NCBI GenBank assembly: GCA_964393975.1
Contig: CAYMVO010000001.1
Coordinates: forward strand, 74,537-138,536
Direction: 5' to 3'
DNA: 64,000 nucleotides
DNA from: an uncultured Lachnospiraceae bacterium
Lineage (GTDB): Bacteria; Bacillota; Clostridia; Christensenellales; UBA1242
Every line of letters begins with the position of its first letter. Positions within the stretch are counted from its first letter, which is position 1. Below the pieces are notes generated by a model. It saw only the letters and a list, made by a program, of their open reading frames with translations, ran no database searches and was not told the DNA's origin. A program made the translations under genes and the position numbers. This document shows positions 26,986 through 36,799 of this stretch, piece after piece.

Positions 26986-28246
26986 TTGTAGCCTCCTCTC
27001 TCTTCAAACCTAGTTTTTTAGGATTAGTGCTATTTAGTGGAAGATACAAGTTTAATAAAAGTTTTGTAACAACCAAAGATGTAAACAGCGAAACAAGAAT
27101 ACCCAAACCTAATACTATCGCAAAACCTTTAATAGGACCAGTACCCAAAAGTGCCAAAACAACTGCAGCAATTATAGTGGTAATCTGCCCATCTAAAATG
27201 GCTGATACGGACTTTTTATAACCAATATTAAAGGACAAAGGTATCTTCTTACCTGATGCATACTCTTCCTTTATACGCTGGAAGATAATAATATTACCGT
27301 CAATCGCCATACCGATACTCAAAATGATACCCGCAATACCTGGCAAAGTCAACTGCACCATAGGTACCGCTTGCAACAAGAATAACAATATAAATGTATA
27401 TAAAATCAATGCTAGATTTGCAATCAAACCTAAATGTCTATACATCACTACCATTACAATAAATATTATCAATAACGCAATAGCTCCCGCGATAAGACTC
27501 AATGTACCTGCATTTTCACCTAAAGTCGCAGGAACATGGGTAATAGAATCAACTACAAGTTGCAACGGATAAGTACCACTCAAAAGCTTAAGTGCAAAAG
27601 CTTCTGCTTCCGATTGAGTCTGGAAGCCACCCGAAATAAAGGTCTTACCGCCAGAAATCGGCTCATTAACTTTAGGACTACTAATTAAGTTGCTACCTAA
27701 ATAAATATATAATTGTTCATAATTAGTGGTCAATTCTTTAAATATAACTGCGCCTTCGCTATCAAAATCAACTGATACGCCGTGACTGTTATCTTGATAA
27801 GCGTACGTCGCACTCTTTATATTTCTACCTGTAAGCTTTGCTTCTGCCTCAAGACTCTCCTCAGTCTTTATCTCCAAGATATCTGGAGTCTCTATCAAGG
27901 CAAGCAAAGTCTCAGGATCATCCACATCAGGCACCTCCACACGAATTTGTGAAGAGCCTTGAGTCGTTACCGTTGACTCCGTATAACCTTTATCGGTCAA
28001 AAGGTCAACTAATCTATTAGCGGTCGCCTCTAACTGTTCACTCAAGTCACCCTCTTCTAGTTGCTTTGTATTATAAACAGCCGACACACCACCTTTCAAA
28101 TCTAACCCAAGCTTTATTGAATTAATAAAACCATTATAGGTATAATTTGTGAAAGGAATATCAAACTGACAAAAACTTAAAACAGCACCTACAATACAAA
28201 TCAGTACTGTAAAAATATATCGTTTAATTGATTTCTTTTTACTCAT
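26972..28246 (-). CDS. secD: Protein translocase subunit SecD
   Basis: LGLDLKGG motif, a periplasmic domain, and C-terminal TMs with LPGIAGIILSIGMAIDGNIIIFQRIKEE. Confidence 0.9.
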   Translation of the reverse strand: MSKKKSIKRYIFTVLICIVGAVLSFCQFDIPFTNYTYNGFINSIKLGLDLKGGVSAVYNTKQLEEGDLSEQLEATANRLVDLLTDKGYTESTVTTQGSSQIRVEVPDVDDPETLLALIETPDILEIKTEESLEAEAKLTGRNIKSATYAYQDNSHGVSVDFDSEGAVIFKELTTNYEQLYIYLGSNLISSPKVNEPISGGKTFISGGFQTQSEAEAFALKLLSGTYPLQLVVDSITHVPATLGENAGTLSLIAGAIALLIIFIVMVVMYRHLGLIANLALILYTFILLFLLQAVPMVQLTLPGIAGIILSIGMAIDGNIIIFQRIKEEYASGKKIPLSFNIGYKKSVSAILDGQITTIIAAVVLALLGTGPIKGFAIVLGLGILVSLFTSLVVTKLLLNLYLPLNSTNPKKLGLKREEATNELN

Positions 28247-28278
28247 ATAATCCTTAGCCTTTTAAAATAATCTATGTT

Positions 28279-28307
28279 AGTATACAATTTTAGAAAGAAT
28301 TAGTCAA
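28279..28307 (-). promoter_or_regulatory. Sigma-A promoter for secDF
   Basis: On the minus strand: TTGACT (28307-28302), 17-nt spacer, TATACT (28284-28279). Confidence 0.55.
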
Positions 28308-28401
28308 CAACATTCTTGTTAAAATTGAAAAAATTTTTCATACGTCCGCATTTTGATTACTTATTTTCATCAAAATACAAGCATAAATTCACAAGTATGC
28401 A

Positions 28402-29769
28402 CTACTTATAAACAAAGTTGTAAGTCTTTACAAGAGAATTTTCACTGTTGTATACATTTAATATATAATTACCAATTTCGTCTACATTAATAACAACAAA
28501 ATCACTAGTGGCGAAAATTTCTTCATCATTCAAAAACAAACGGAACTCTTTTAGCGTCGTGCTAATTATAAAATAGTTGTCTCCTACCGCTAATACACTA
28601 TCATTCGTTGACAAAACGACTCCACTCTGCCTATCTAGCAAATCAAAATTTTGGTTTACATCTTCCACAATAATATTAACTATTTTATATACATCACCCG
28701 AACTTATAGTTAGAGTATAATCACCAGCACTATCCGCATAAAATATTCCACTCTCTATCACCCCGCCACTTGCGGATAAACTAACGCCATAATTATAGCC
28801 ACTTGGGAATATTGTATACTTCACAGTGTAGCACTCTCTCACCTTCAACTTTACCGTATCCTCAGCGACTATTTTAGTAGCAACTGGTTCACACACTTCC
28901 ACTATAAAAGTCAAAAGCTTTTCATTTACATAAAACAAATCAACTTCAAAATGACCTATCTTGTTTCCATAGACGATAAGTCCACTTACATTTAGCGAAC
29001 TTTTCAAATAAAATTTAGACATATCTAAGCCATCAATAGATTGAATATCAACACTCAAACTATTATATCTAAAATTTTCGGCATCCTCCAAGAAATAAAG
29101 CGTATTTTTATTCACCTTATTCCCACCAATGCAAATTGAATATTTAAACTTTGACACGTCAAAATTTAGTGGTATATTAAACAAATCTTCATTTGCGTAT
29201 TGCAAAATCAAATTTGTATTTTCAGTAATTGTGATATCTATATTGTAATCACTAGAATTTAAAATACTAGATTTTTCATCGTACAAAATTGAGAACAAAT
29301 TAGCATCAAAACATTCAAGCGGTGTGACGATTAAATTATACTTATTAAAGTCGACACATTTAATATCGTATTTAAAAGTTATACTTTCCGTAACTACTTC
29401 AATATTTAGTGTTTGAGATAGATATTCTTTTTCATCAGAAATATAACTTATATCAACTACCGTTTTGCCTATCTTAACCGCTTTTATAGAATAAGAATGC
29501 AACTCACAACATTCATTACTCAGCTCAACACCTATATCACTTTGAAATTCGTTAGGTATTTTTGATAAATCAATGTTGTAAACTTCACCGACTGGCAAAG
29601 TGATGTTTGCAGTCGGTAAAATCGACACTTCGGTCATAGAGGAATCATTAGCGCCGTCATTAATTAAAACATTTGATTTACTACTGTTATTATTTTCAAT
29701 ACAAATAGCAATCAATATAGCAATCACCAAAACAGCAGTTGTCAAAGTAACAACCAACCATTTATTCAT
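28402..29769 (-). CDS. Hypothetical membrane-anchored surface protein with Ig-like (Big_2-like) repeats
   Basis: N-terminal signal-anchor (WLVVTLTTAVLVIAILIAICI). Segments such as ITLPVGEVYNIDL...SIKAVKIGKTVVDISY resemble bacterial Ig-like group 2 domains. The rest is unassigned. Confidence 0.45.
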   Translation of the reverse strand: MNKWLVVTLTTAVLVIAILIAICIENNNSSKSNVLINDGANDSSMTEVSILPTANITLPVGEVYNIDLSKIPNEFQSDIGVELSNECCELHSYSIKAVKIGKTVVDISYISDEKEYLSQTLNIEVVTESITFKYDIKCVDFNKYNLIVTPLECFDANLFSILYDEKSSILNSSDYNIDITITENTNLILQYANEDLFNIPLNFDVSKFKYSICIGGNKVNKNTLYFLEDAENFRYNSLSVDIQSIDGLDMSKFYLKSSLNVSGLIVYGNKIGHFEVDLFYVNEKLLTFIVEVCEPVATKIVAEDTVKLKVRECYTVKYTIFPSGYNYGVSLSASGGVIESGIFYADSAGDYTLTISSGDVYKIVNIIVEDVNQNFDLLDRQSGVVLSTNDSVLAVGDNYFIISTTLKEFRLFLNDEEIFATSDFVVINVDEIGNYILNVYNSENSLVKTYNFVYK

Positions 29770-29805
29770 CTCTTGTAATCCTTATAATATGAATTGTATA
29801 TTAAA

Positions 29806-30825
29806 TTAATCTCTTAAAGTAAGAGCCAGTTTAAAGTTTTCCCTATCAACATCCTTAATGGTGACTTCAAGTTCATCACCTACTTTGCAAACTTCTTCTA
29901 TATTCTTTATATTATAACCAGCCTCAGAATTATGGAGCAAGCCATCAATATGTTCAGCGACATTGATAAATGCACCAAACTTAGCAAGTCTCACCACTTT
30001 ACCTTTTAATTTTTGACCAACCTCAAAATTATTGAAAATAGCGATTCTAGGATCTTCCATTAATTGCTTGTACCCTAAACTAATCTTGTTATTTTCTCTA
30101 TCAGATTTCAAAACCACGAAAGAATAAGTCTCACCTATCTTAAATACAGCACTAGCCTTTTCATTAAAGTAACCAACATCATTGTTGTGAACCAAACAAC
30201 TCCTTCCATTTACTTCAACAAAGGCACCAAAATCTACAAATTTTGTCACTTTGCCTTCTACGACTTTGTCTACAGCAATACCACCCCAAAACTCATTTTC
30301 TTTTTCCTCATAAATTCTGTTTACTAACAATCTAATAGAAGCGACAATTTTTTTCTTTGTAAGATTAATCTCCATAACGGTCACATCAATATCTTTACCC
30401 ACATAAAATTTCAAATCATTTTTGTGCTTGAACTCTACTTGAGATTGCGGAATGAATACATTAAATTCTCCTAATTTTGCTACCAAACCACCTTTTACTT
30501 CGTTCTTAACGCTAACACTAATCGTGTCACCCTCTTTGAGTCCCTTCAAAAGTTCGTTTGCTTTTTGTAATTCTTTTGCTTTTGCTAATGAAAGTTTCAC
30601 ATAACCATTTTCATCTTTTTTGTCTACGACAATGGCTTGTATAGTTTGCCCAACCTCCAATGTCTCTTTAGCAAGGTCGTCGTTATAAATAAACGCATCA
30701 CCCTTGCCTCCAATATTAATCAAAGCACCGTATTTAGTCATCATAACCACGGTACCCTCTACAATTTTCCCAACATTATATCGGGCAAGTGTACTTTCAA
30801 CCATTTCTAAAGTCATTTTTTCCAT
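29806..30825 (-). CDS. 30S ribosomal protein S1-like protein (four S1 domains, short Firmicute form)
   Basis: Four repeats of the S1 OB-fold pattern (e.g. VGKIVEGTVVMMTKYGALINIG, VVEGKVTKFVDFGAFVEV, KLKGKVVRLAKFGAFINV). Downstream of cmk-plsC, as with Bacillus ypfD. Confidence 0.85.
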   Translation of the reverse strand: MEKMTLEMVESTLARYNVGKIVEGTVVMMTKYGALINIGGKGDAFIYNDDLAKETLEVGQTIQAIVVDKKDENGYVKLSLAKAKELQKANELLKGLKEGDTISVSVKNEVKGGLVAKLGEFNVFIPQSQVEFKHKNDLKFYVGKDIDVTVMEINLTKKKIVASIRLLVNRIYEEKENEFWGGIAVDKVVEGKVTKFVDFGAFVEVNGRSCLVHNNDVGYFNEKASAVFKIGETYSFVVLKSDRENNKISLGYKQLMEDPRIAIFNNFEVGQKLKGKVVRLAKFGAFINVAEHIDGLLHNSEAGYNIKNIEEVCKVGDELEVTIKDVDRENFKLALTLRD

Positions 30826-30926
30826 AATAAATATAAACTCCTAAATATAACATAAAATAAACTAAGCATAACTTAGCCAACCTACCAATTAAAGTAGATA
30901 ATACTCTTATTATAGCAAATCAAAAA

Positions 30927-30984
30927 AATATTGACAATTAAAATTTGAAAAAAAATTCAAATTTTGTCAATATTTTTTAATTTT
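30927..30984 (-). terminator. Long AT-rich palindrome acting as the plsC terminator
   Basis: Arms at about 30927-30949 and 30956-30976 (AATATTGACAATTAAAATTTGAA / TTCAAATTTTGTCAATATT). On the minus strand a T7 run follows. Confidence 0.5.
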
Positions 30985-30986
30985 TT

Positions 30987-31598
30987 CTATTTTTTCTTAC
31001 TTTTTTGAGCCAAATAGTTGTTTTTCAGTGCCTCAGTAGCATTAAAAACCAGTTGTGTTATGTCATCCAACACTTCTTTTTCAGTTCCTTTTTTGTAAAA
31101 CTCACTTAAATCTATAGGTTCCCCAATGAGTAATATATTACGTCTAAAAAATTTTGGTTTTCGTAAAAATCGCATTGGAATAATGGATGTTTTAGTTTTT
31201 AAAGCAATAAGCGCCACACCATTTTTAAACCCTAACAAATTACCATCATCTTTTTTGTTTCGTGTCCCTTCTGGAAAAATCCCTAAAAGTTCTTCATCCT
31301 TTAATATTTTGTATATACTCTTAAAAGAACTCAAATCTGGCTTATCTCTATCTACACAAATGACGCCCATACACCTAAAACCCCACGCAAGAAACTTGTT
31401 TTTGAATATTTCTTTCTTACCCACAAAATGAATTGTGCGTTTAGAGTTTACCATCAGGTTTACCGAATCATTATAGGACTGATGATTGCATGTCAAAATA
31501 CACTTTCCCTCTTTTGGTAATACACCTACTATTTTAGTCGGCATAAATATTTTGACTGGCAAATAAAACAACGCCCTAATAAATCTATAAAAAATCAT
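30987..31598 (-). CDS. plsC: 1-acyl-sn-glycerol-3-phosphate acyltransferase
   Basis: HX4D motif NHQSYNDS and FPEGTRNK. 203 aa. Confidence 0.85.
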   Translation of the reverse strand: MIFYRFIRALFYLPVKIFMPTKIVGVLPKEGKCILTCNHQSYNDSVNLMVNSKRTIHFVGKKEIFKNKFLAWGFRCMGVICVDRDKPDLSSFKSIYKILKDEELLGIFPEGTRNKKDDGNLLGFKNGVALIALKTKTSIIPMRFLRKPKFFRRNILLIGEPIDLSEFYKKGTEKEVLDDITQLVFNATEALKNNYLAQKSKKK

Positions 31599-32255
31599 CT
31601 ATCTTACCCTATCCAAAATAAAATTTACCACCTGTTCAAATGTCATATCAGTACTGTCTATCAAAATAGCATCATCAGCTTTCACCAAAGGACTAATTTC
31701 ACGATTGATATCTAGTTCATCACGCTTTTTTATGCTCTCAAGCACCTTTTCATACGTTACGTCTTCGCCTGCTTCTACAAATTGCTTATATCTTCTTTTA
31801 GCTCTTTCTTCGGGTGTCGCAGTTAAAAAAAATTTAAATGTAGCAAAAGGTAACACAACCGTTCCAATATCACGCCCTTCAACAACCACATTATTTTTAT
31901 GGGCAATACACCTTTGCACCTCTTTTATCTTGTTTCTCACACAAGGATATGCTGATACCACAGCAGACATTTTACTCACCTCATCCGTATGTAAAACAGT
32001 GCCAATATACTCTCCATTTAACATAGTTCTTTGCTCGCTACCTAATATATAGTCTACATTTATCAAGATTTTATTAGCCACAGTCTTTAAAACATCTTCG
32101 CTCTTGTAATCAATATCGTTTTTAATAACATAATAAGCAAACGCCCTATAAAGCTCCCCTGTATTTAGATGCAAAAACCCCAATCTTTTAGCAATTTCTT
32201 TAGCTACGCTAGATTTACCAGAACCACTAGTACCATCTATAGCAATATTTATCAT
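31599..32255 (-). CDS. cmk: Cytidylate kinase
   Basis: P-loop IAIDGTSGSGKSSVAK, VVEGRDIGTVV, and a C-terminal RRYKQ pattern. Confidence 0.92.
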   Translation of the reverse strand: MINIAIDGTSGSGKSSVAKEIAKRLGFLHLNTGELYRAFAYYVIKNDIDYKSEDVLKTVANKILINVDYILGSEQRTMLNGEYIGTVLHTDEVSKMSAVVSAYPCVRNKIKEVQRCIAHKNNVVVEGRDIGTVVLPFATFKFFLTATPEERAKRRYKQFVEAGEDVTYEKVLESIKKRDELDINREISPLVKADDAILIDSTDMTFEQVVNFILDRVR

Positions 32256-32371
32256 AGCCGTTCCTCCTGTAACTCATTTTACAATTTGATTATAATATAT
32301 TTAAATTGAAAAATCTACTAAAATGATAATTTTTTTTGAAAAAAGCCCCACTTGAGACTAAAGTGAAACTT

Positions 32372-33085
32372 TTAAAGCCCACAAAGAGCTACGAGATAGG
32401 CGACCTCTTCCTCTTTCAATTCACGATATTCACCACGACTGAGACCACCGACTCTCAAATCGCCTATACCAACCCTCTTTAAAAGGGTAATTTCTTTACC
32501 AACATATTCTAACATTTTCCTTATCTGCCTATTTTTACCTTCGTGTATTTTGATTTCCAATCTAGTTTTGCCGTCTTTGACATCTAAAACTTTAATTTTG
32601 CATTTTTTAAGTTTAACGCCATCTATCTTCACGCCAGCCCTCAAAACAGCCAATTCGCCTTCGGTGATGTTGCCCTTAATTACGCAAATGTATGTCTTTT
32701 CGATCTCAGAAACTGGTAACATAAGCTTTTGCGCCAAATCGCCATCATTTGTTAATATCAAAAGTCCCTCAGTGTTGTAGTCGAGTCTACCTACAGGAAA
32801 AACTCGTCCTTTGATATCCTTTACTAGGTCCATCACAGTCTTGCGACCTTTTTCATCGCTAGATGTAGTCACATATCCTTTTGGTTTGTTAAGTATATAA
32901 TATTTGTAATTTTCCTCAAACGTCAAATTTTTACCATCCACCCTAACAACATCATCATCGCCGATATCAGTCGCAAGGTCAGTAATAGTTTTGCCATTCA
33001 CGGTAACAACACCTTTTTTAACCAATTCTTCCACCCCGCGTCTAGAACCAAGCCCCGCAAGTGCTAAATATTTATTAATTCTCAT
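32372..33085 (-). CDS. rluB: 23S rRNA pseudouridine synthase RluB (RsuA/RluB family)
   Basis: S4 domain (MRINKYLALAGLGSRR) and catalytic motif GRLDYNTEGLLILTNDG. The ATG at 33085 has an RBS. Confidence 0.88.
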   Translation of the reverse strand: MRINKYLALAGLGSRRGVEELVKKGVVTVNGKTITDLATDIGDDDVVRVDGKNLTFEENYKYYILNKPKGYVTTSSDEKGRKTVMDLVKDIKGRVFPVGRLDYNTEGLLILTNDGDLAQKLMLPVSEIEKTYICVIKGNITEGELAVLRAGVKIDGVKLKKCKIKVLDVKDGKTRLEIKIHEGKNRQIRKMLEYVGKEITLLKRVGIGDLRVGGLSRGEYRELKEEEVAYLVALCGL

Positions 33086-33123
33086 TAGTATCCCCTTTAT
33101 AATATAATGTTTAGATTGTTGCC

Positions 33124-34257
33124 TCACATCCATTTATCCAAGATATCATCCAACGCACCTTGAACATTTAATTCTTCAACACTATCTATAGTACATATTT
33201 CAGATGAAAAAATCAAGTCTTCTTTGATAAAAATTTTAACATTTCCAACAATTTGATTTTTTTCAACTGGTGCCTTGAGCATTTTTGGATACTCATACTC
33301 AATCTTTAGGTTAGCCTTTTCATACTCCGTTAGCGGATAACTAAACCCATTCACCACATATATCCTCGTAAAATTTTTTGTGCCATTAGTCACGGGCAAA
33401 GATGTTATATATCTACTACCCTCCAATATTTCTTGCAATGAATACTCTTGATTTGCTAAATTAAGCAGTCTGGTTGCCTCTTCAAACATAGGTTGACAGT
33501 TTAATAACACGCACACCATTCTTGTACCATCCTCTTTTTCTGTAGCGGAAACAAAGCACCTACCCGCATTATCAGTAAACCCAGTCTTTACACCAATACA
33601 ATTATTCATAGAGAGCAAAAGTCTATTTTTATTTCTTAAATACCTCGTGTCGGTTTGTTCAGTTGCATCAATAACTTTGTTTTTGGTCATAGATATATCT
33701 AAAAATTCTTGATTATTTAGAGCATAGGCAGTTATCAACGCCAAATCGTAAGCCGTTGTGTAATGCCCCTCAGCGTCCAACCCATGCGCGTTAGCAAAAC
33801 TTGTGTTTAAGGCGCCACATTTTTCAGCAGTCTCCCTCATAAGAGCACAAAAACTTTTTTCATCTCCCGCTGTTAATATAGCAAGTGCCGTTGCGCTATC
33901 ATTACCAGATGGCAACATCAATCCATAAAGCAACTCCCTTACACTTAGTCTCTCACTTTTTCTTAGATACATTGAAGTACCTTCAATACCTACCGCTTCA
34001 TCAGGAATTGTAATTTTATCATCCAAATCACCTGTATAATTATCTAAAACTGTTATAGCAGTTACTATCTTAGTAGTACTAGCCATAGCGAGTTTCATAT
34101 CCTTATTTTTTTCATAAATAACTCTTCCACTATTACATTCAATAACACACATACCCTTAGCTATAGAATCTTCAGCATATACTATATATCGCGTACTACT
34201 AAAACAAAACACACTAAATACAGTAACCACTAAAAATATAATTAGCTTACTTTTCAT
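33124..34257 (-). CDS. D-alanyl-D-alanine carboxypeptidase (peptidase S11; DacB/DacF-like)
   Basis: Signal peptide, SxxK (ASTTK), SGN (PSGNDSA), KTG (KTGFT) and a C-terminal PBP5-like domain. Confidence 0.88.
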   Translation of the reverse strand: MKSKLIIFLVVTVFSVFCFSSTRYIVYAEDSIAKGMCVIECNSGRVIYEKNKDMKLAMASTTKIVTAITVLDNYTGDLDDKITIPDEAVGIEGTSMYLRKSERLSVRELLYGLMLPSGNDSATALAILTAGDEKSFCALMRETAEKCGALNTSFANAHGLDAEGHYTTAYDLALITAYALNNQEFLDISMTKNKVIDATEQTDTRYLRNKNRLLLSMNNCIGVKTGFTDNAGRCFVSATEKEDGTRMVCVLLNCQPMFEEATRLLNLANQEYSLQEILEGSRYITSLPVTNGTKNFTRIYVVNGFSYPLTEYEKANLKIEYEYPKMLKAPVEKNQIVGNVKIFIKEDLIFSSEICTIDSVEELNVQGALDDILDKWM

Positions 34258-34636
34258 TTTTCTCCATCCCCTTTTTGAAAAGTCTTAATACATCGCTAGT
34301 TACATTTATAAACTTACTTATACTTTCAGTGGTATTTGTTTGCACATAACGAATGACATCATTTTCTTCTATGAGAAAGCCTATAGGTTGCACACTTAGC
34401 CCAGCCCCTGAACCAGTGGCAAATGGTGGTCTAGATTGCTTTGGCTTTGTTTCAGTATACTCACCGCCTCCACCAACATAACCTAACATCACTTTAGAAA
34501 TCGGTATAATTGTAGCACCACTAGGTGTTTTTATAACATCACCGACAACTGTACCTATATCCACAATGCTTTTTAAGTTTTGTAAAGCCTCACTCAAAAT
34601 ATTTTCTATTGGATGTTTATATTCATTTTCTTTCAT
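34247..34636 (-). CDS. ytfJ: Sporulation protein YtfJ (GerW family)
   Basis: 129 aa with the central GYVGGGGEY glycine run and PIGFLI motif typical of YtfJ. Downstream of a DUF2953-like gene, as in Bacillus ytfI-ytfJ. Confidence 0.75.
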   Translation of the reverse strand: MKENEYKHPIENILSEALQNLKSIVDIGTVVGDVIKTPSGATIIPISKVMLGYVGGGGEYTETKPKQSRPPFATGSGAGLSVQPIGFLIEENDVIRYVQTNTTESISKFINVTSDVLRLFKKGMEKNEK

Positions 34637-34650
34637 ATTTTACTCCTTTA

Positions 34651-35211
34651 TTACGCCAATTTGCGTTTTGCTTTTTTGTTAACTATAACTTTTGCTTTTA
34701 TTAAGGAAATTATAATATTTGTTATTGATATAGAGAACGCAGTTTTTATTGTAACAACACCATTAGACTGATTAAATTGGGGATAAACCTTATACTCTAT
34801 CACCGATGTTGGTTTATGAGTTTTCACAAACGATTTAAATACCGCAAGCAACATATTTAATCCCCCACAAAAAAGTGCCACATTACACGCATTTTCATTT
34901 GAGCCTATCGTTAAAAATGTCTTAAAATCTTTTAAATACATTCGCTTAAATAATTGTTTTTGTAATTCATTAACAAAGTCTACATTTTCCATATTGAGTT
35001 CAATATCTACTTGTTTAGTTTCTTTACGATTTTTCAACATTATTTGCATATTTTTAAATTTGAACCTATAAAATTTAACATTAAAAAACCATAACCGTAA
35101 TTCCATAAATCCTCTATTCTTCAGCACATCGAACTTCAAATGCAATCTTAAGTTTATTGGGATAATTAATATTATCATTATCACTAGCAACACTATAAAA
35201 AGCACTTTCAT
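34651..35211 (-). CDS. DUF2953 family protein (YtfI-like)
   Basis: N-terminal TM followed by INLRLHLKF...MELRLWFFNVKFYRFKF. Assigned from its position upstream of ytfJ. Confidence 0.55.
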   Translation of the reverse strand: MKVLFIVLLVIMIILIIPINLRLHLKFDVLKNRGFMELRLWFFNVKFYRFKFKNMQIMLKNRKETKQVDIELNMENVDFVNELQKQLFKRMYLKDFKTFLTIGSNENACNVALFCGGLNMLLAVFKSFVKTHKPTSVIEYKVYPQFNQSNGVVTIKTAFSISITNIIISLIKAKVIVNKKAKRKLA

Positions 35212-35277
35212 ATCTCTAGTATGTGTTAGTAAATAAAAAAAATACCAAAATTTACATTGGTATTTTGAAAAAATTAA

Positions 35278-35958
35278 TTAATTTTGTTTAAAAGCTTCGC
35301 TCTCTACACCATCAGATTCAAAAGTTTGGACATCCTCGCCTTCTAAAAATTCAGGTTTATCTTCATTTTCAAAATCAATTGAAAATTCTCTATACAAGCC
35401 GTCACTCTTATTTCTTTCATCATTTATAACTTGTATCCTTTCTAATATATCTTCATACTTAGGTAAATTTTCTAAACTATCTAACTCAAACCTCTTTAAA
35501 AACTCATCCGTGGTACCAAAAAGCAAGGGTTTACCTACCGCATCTTTTCGCCCCACTACTTCAATAAGATTATGTTTTAAAAGCAACTGTATAGCATAAT
35601 CGCAATTAGTTCCCCTTATATTTTCCACTTCAAGTTTTGTAATAGGTTGCTTATAGCAAATAATAGCAATAGTCTCCAAAGCAGTCTTAGTCAATTGTTT
35701 TTCTTTAATAGGATTTAACACTTCCACAATATAATCAGAAAATTTAGGATTGCTAGTCAATTGTACTTTTCCTCTATATGTAATAATATGAAGAGGACTA
35801 TCACCAGAATATTTTTCTTTTAACTTAGAAATTGCTTTATCAATTGTATCCTTTTTAATATTTAATTTTTCCGCAATGTAGTCTATTTGCAAGCCATCAC
35901 CAGATACAAATAGTAAGCTCACAAGCACATTTTCAAGATTTTTCTTTAAATCATCCAT
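35278..35958 (-). CDS. scpB: Segregation and condensation protein B
   Basis: LESLLFVSGDGL-type N-terminus (LVSLLFVSGDGLQIDYIAEKL) and a second wHTH with GRKDAVGKPLLFGTTDEFLKRF. Confidence 0.9.
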   Translation of the reverse strand: MDDLKKNLENVLVSLLFVSGDGLQIDYIAEKLNIKKDTIDKAISKLKEKYSGDSPLHIITYRGKVQLTSNPKFSDYIVEVLNPIKEKQLTKTALETIAIICYKQPITKLEVENIRGTNCDYAIQLLLKHNLIEVVGRKDAVGKPLLFGTTDEFLKRFELDSLENLPKYEDILERIQVINDERNKSDGLYREFSIDFENEDKPEFLEGEDVQTFESDGVESEAFKQN

Positions 35959-35970
35959 AATTAAAAACTC

Positions 35971-36798
35971 CTAATTATAAGAGACTTCTTCCTCTAAAGT
36001 CTCCCCACTATTAACTTTATCTTCATTGTAATAAATATCAATCTCTTCAAAGGTTGAAGGCTGTTCTATCCTTATATATTGACGCTTTAATAACTCTAAC
36101 ATCGCCAAGAAACAAATAATAACCTCACTCTTTGAATAGTCATCATCAAAAAGTTTTGAAAATTTAGTATGCTTCACATCTTCTAGTTCAGCCCTAATAT
36201 CTTCTATTTTTTCAGCAACGGTCCACCTATCCATTTCAATCTTTTTAGGTTCTACACTAGCTACTTTTTCCTCCACACGGACCAAGAGATTAGCAAATGC
36301 ATCTAACATAGCATCTAATTTCATATCCTTTAAAACAATTCTAAAATCATTTGCCGATTTATCAGGTTCTTTATAAAAATGGTCAACATTCTCAATAGAA
36401 TGCAAATCTTCACCAACCTCTTTAAACAGTTGATACTCTCTAAGTCTACGCCTAAGTTCTTCTTCCTCATCAATGACTTGCCCACCGTCTTCATTTTCAA
36501 CCGATTCAGTTGGTAATAAATATTTGGATTTTATTTCCATAAGTGTCGCACCAATCTCAATAAACCCACTAACCTCTTCTAAGTCTAAGACTTCCATTTG
36601 TCTCACCCTTAACAAATATTGCTCTGTCATATCACCAAGTCTAACATCTTCAATATCCATTTTAGACTCTTTCACCAACTGCAAGAGTAGATCAAGTGGT
36701 CCTTCGTACTCACCCATTATGACTTTGTAAGCATCTTCCACTTCTCCGCTCAAATCGGGTGCAATAGCTTCTTCATTAGTTATTTTTTCTTCTTCCAT
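35971..36798 (-). CDS. scpA: Segregation and condensation protein A
   Basis: YEGPLDLLLQLVKESKMDIEDV motif. Kleisin size. Upstream of scpB. Confidence 0.9.
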   Translation of the reverse strand: MEEEKITNEEAIAPDLSGEVEDAYKVIMGEYEGPLDLLLQLVKESKMDIEDVRLGDMTEQYLLRVRQMEVLDLEEVSGFIEIGATLMEIKSKYLLPTESVENEDGGQVIDEEEELRRRLREYQLFKEVGEDLHSIENVDHFYKEPDKSANDFRIVLKDMKLDAMLDAFANLLVRVEEKVASVEPKKIEMDRWTVAEKIEDIRAELEDVKHTKFSKLFDDDYSKSEVIICFLAMLELLKRQYIRIEQPSTFEEIDIYYNEDKVNSGETLEEEVSYN

Positions 36799-36799
36799 T

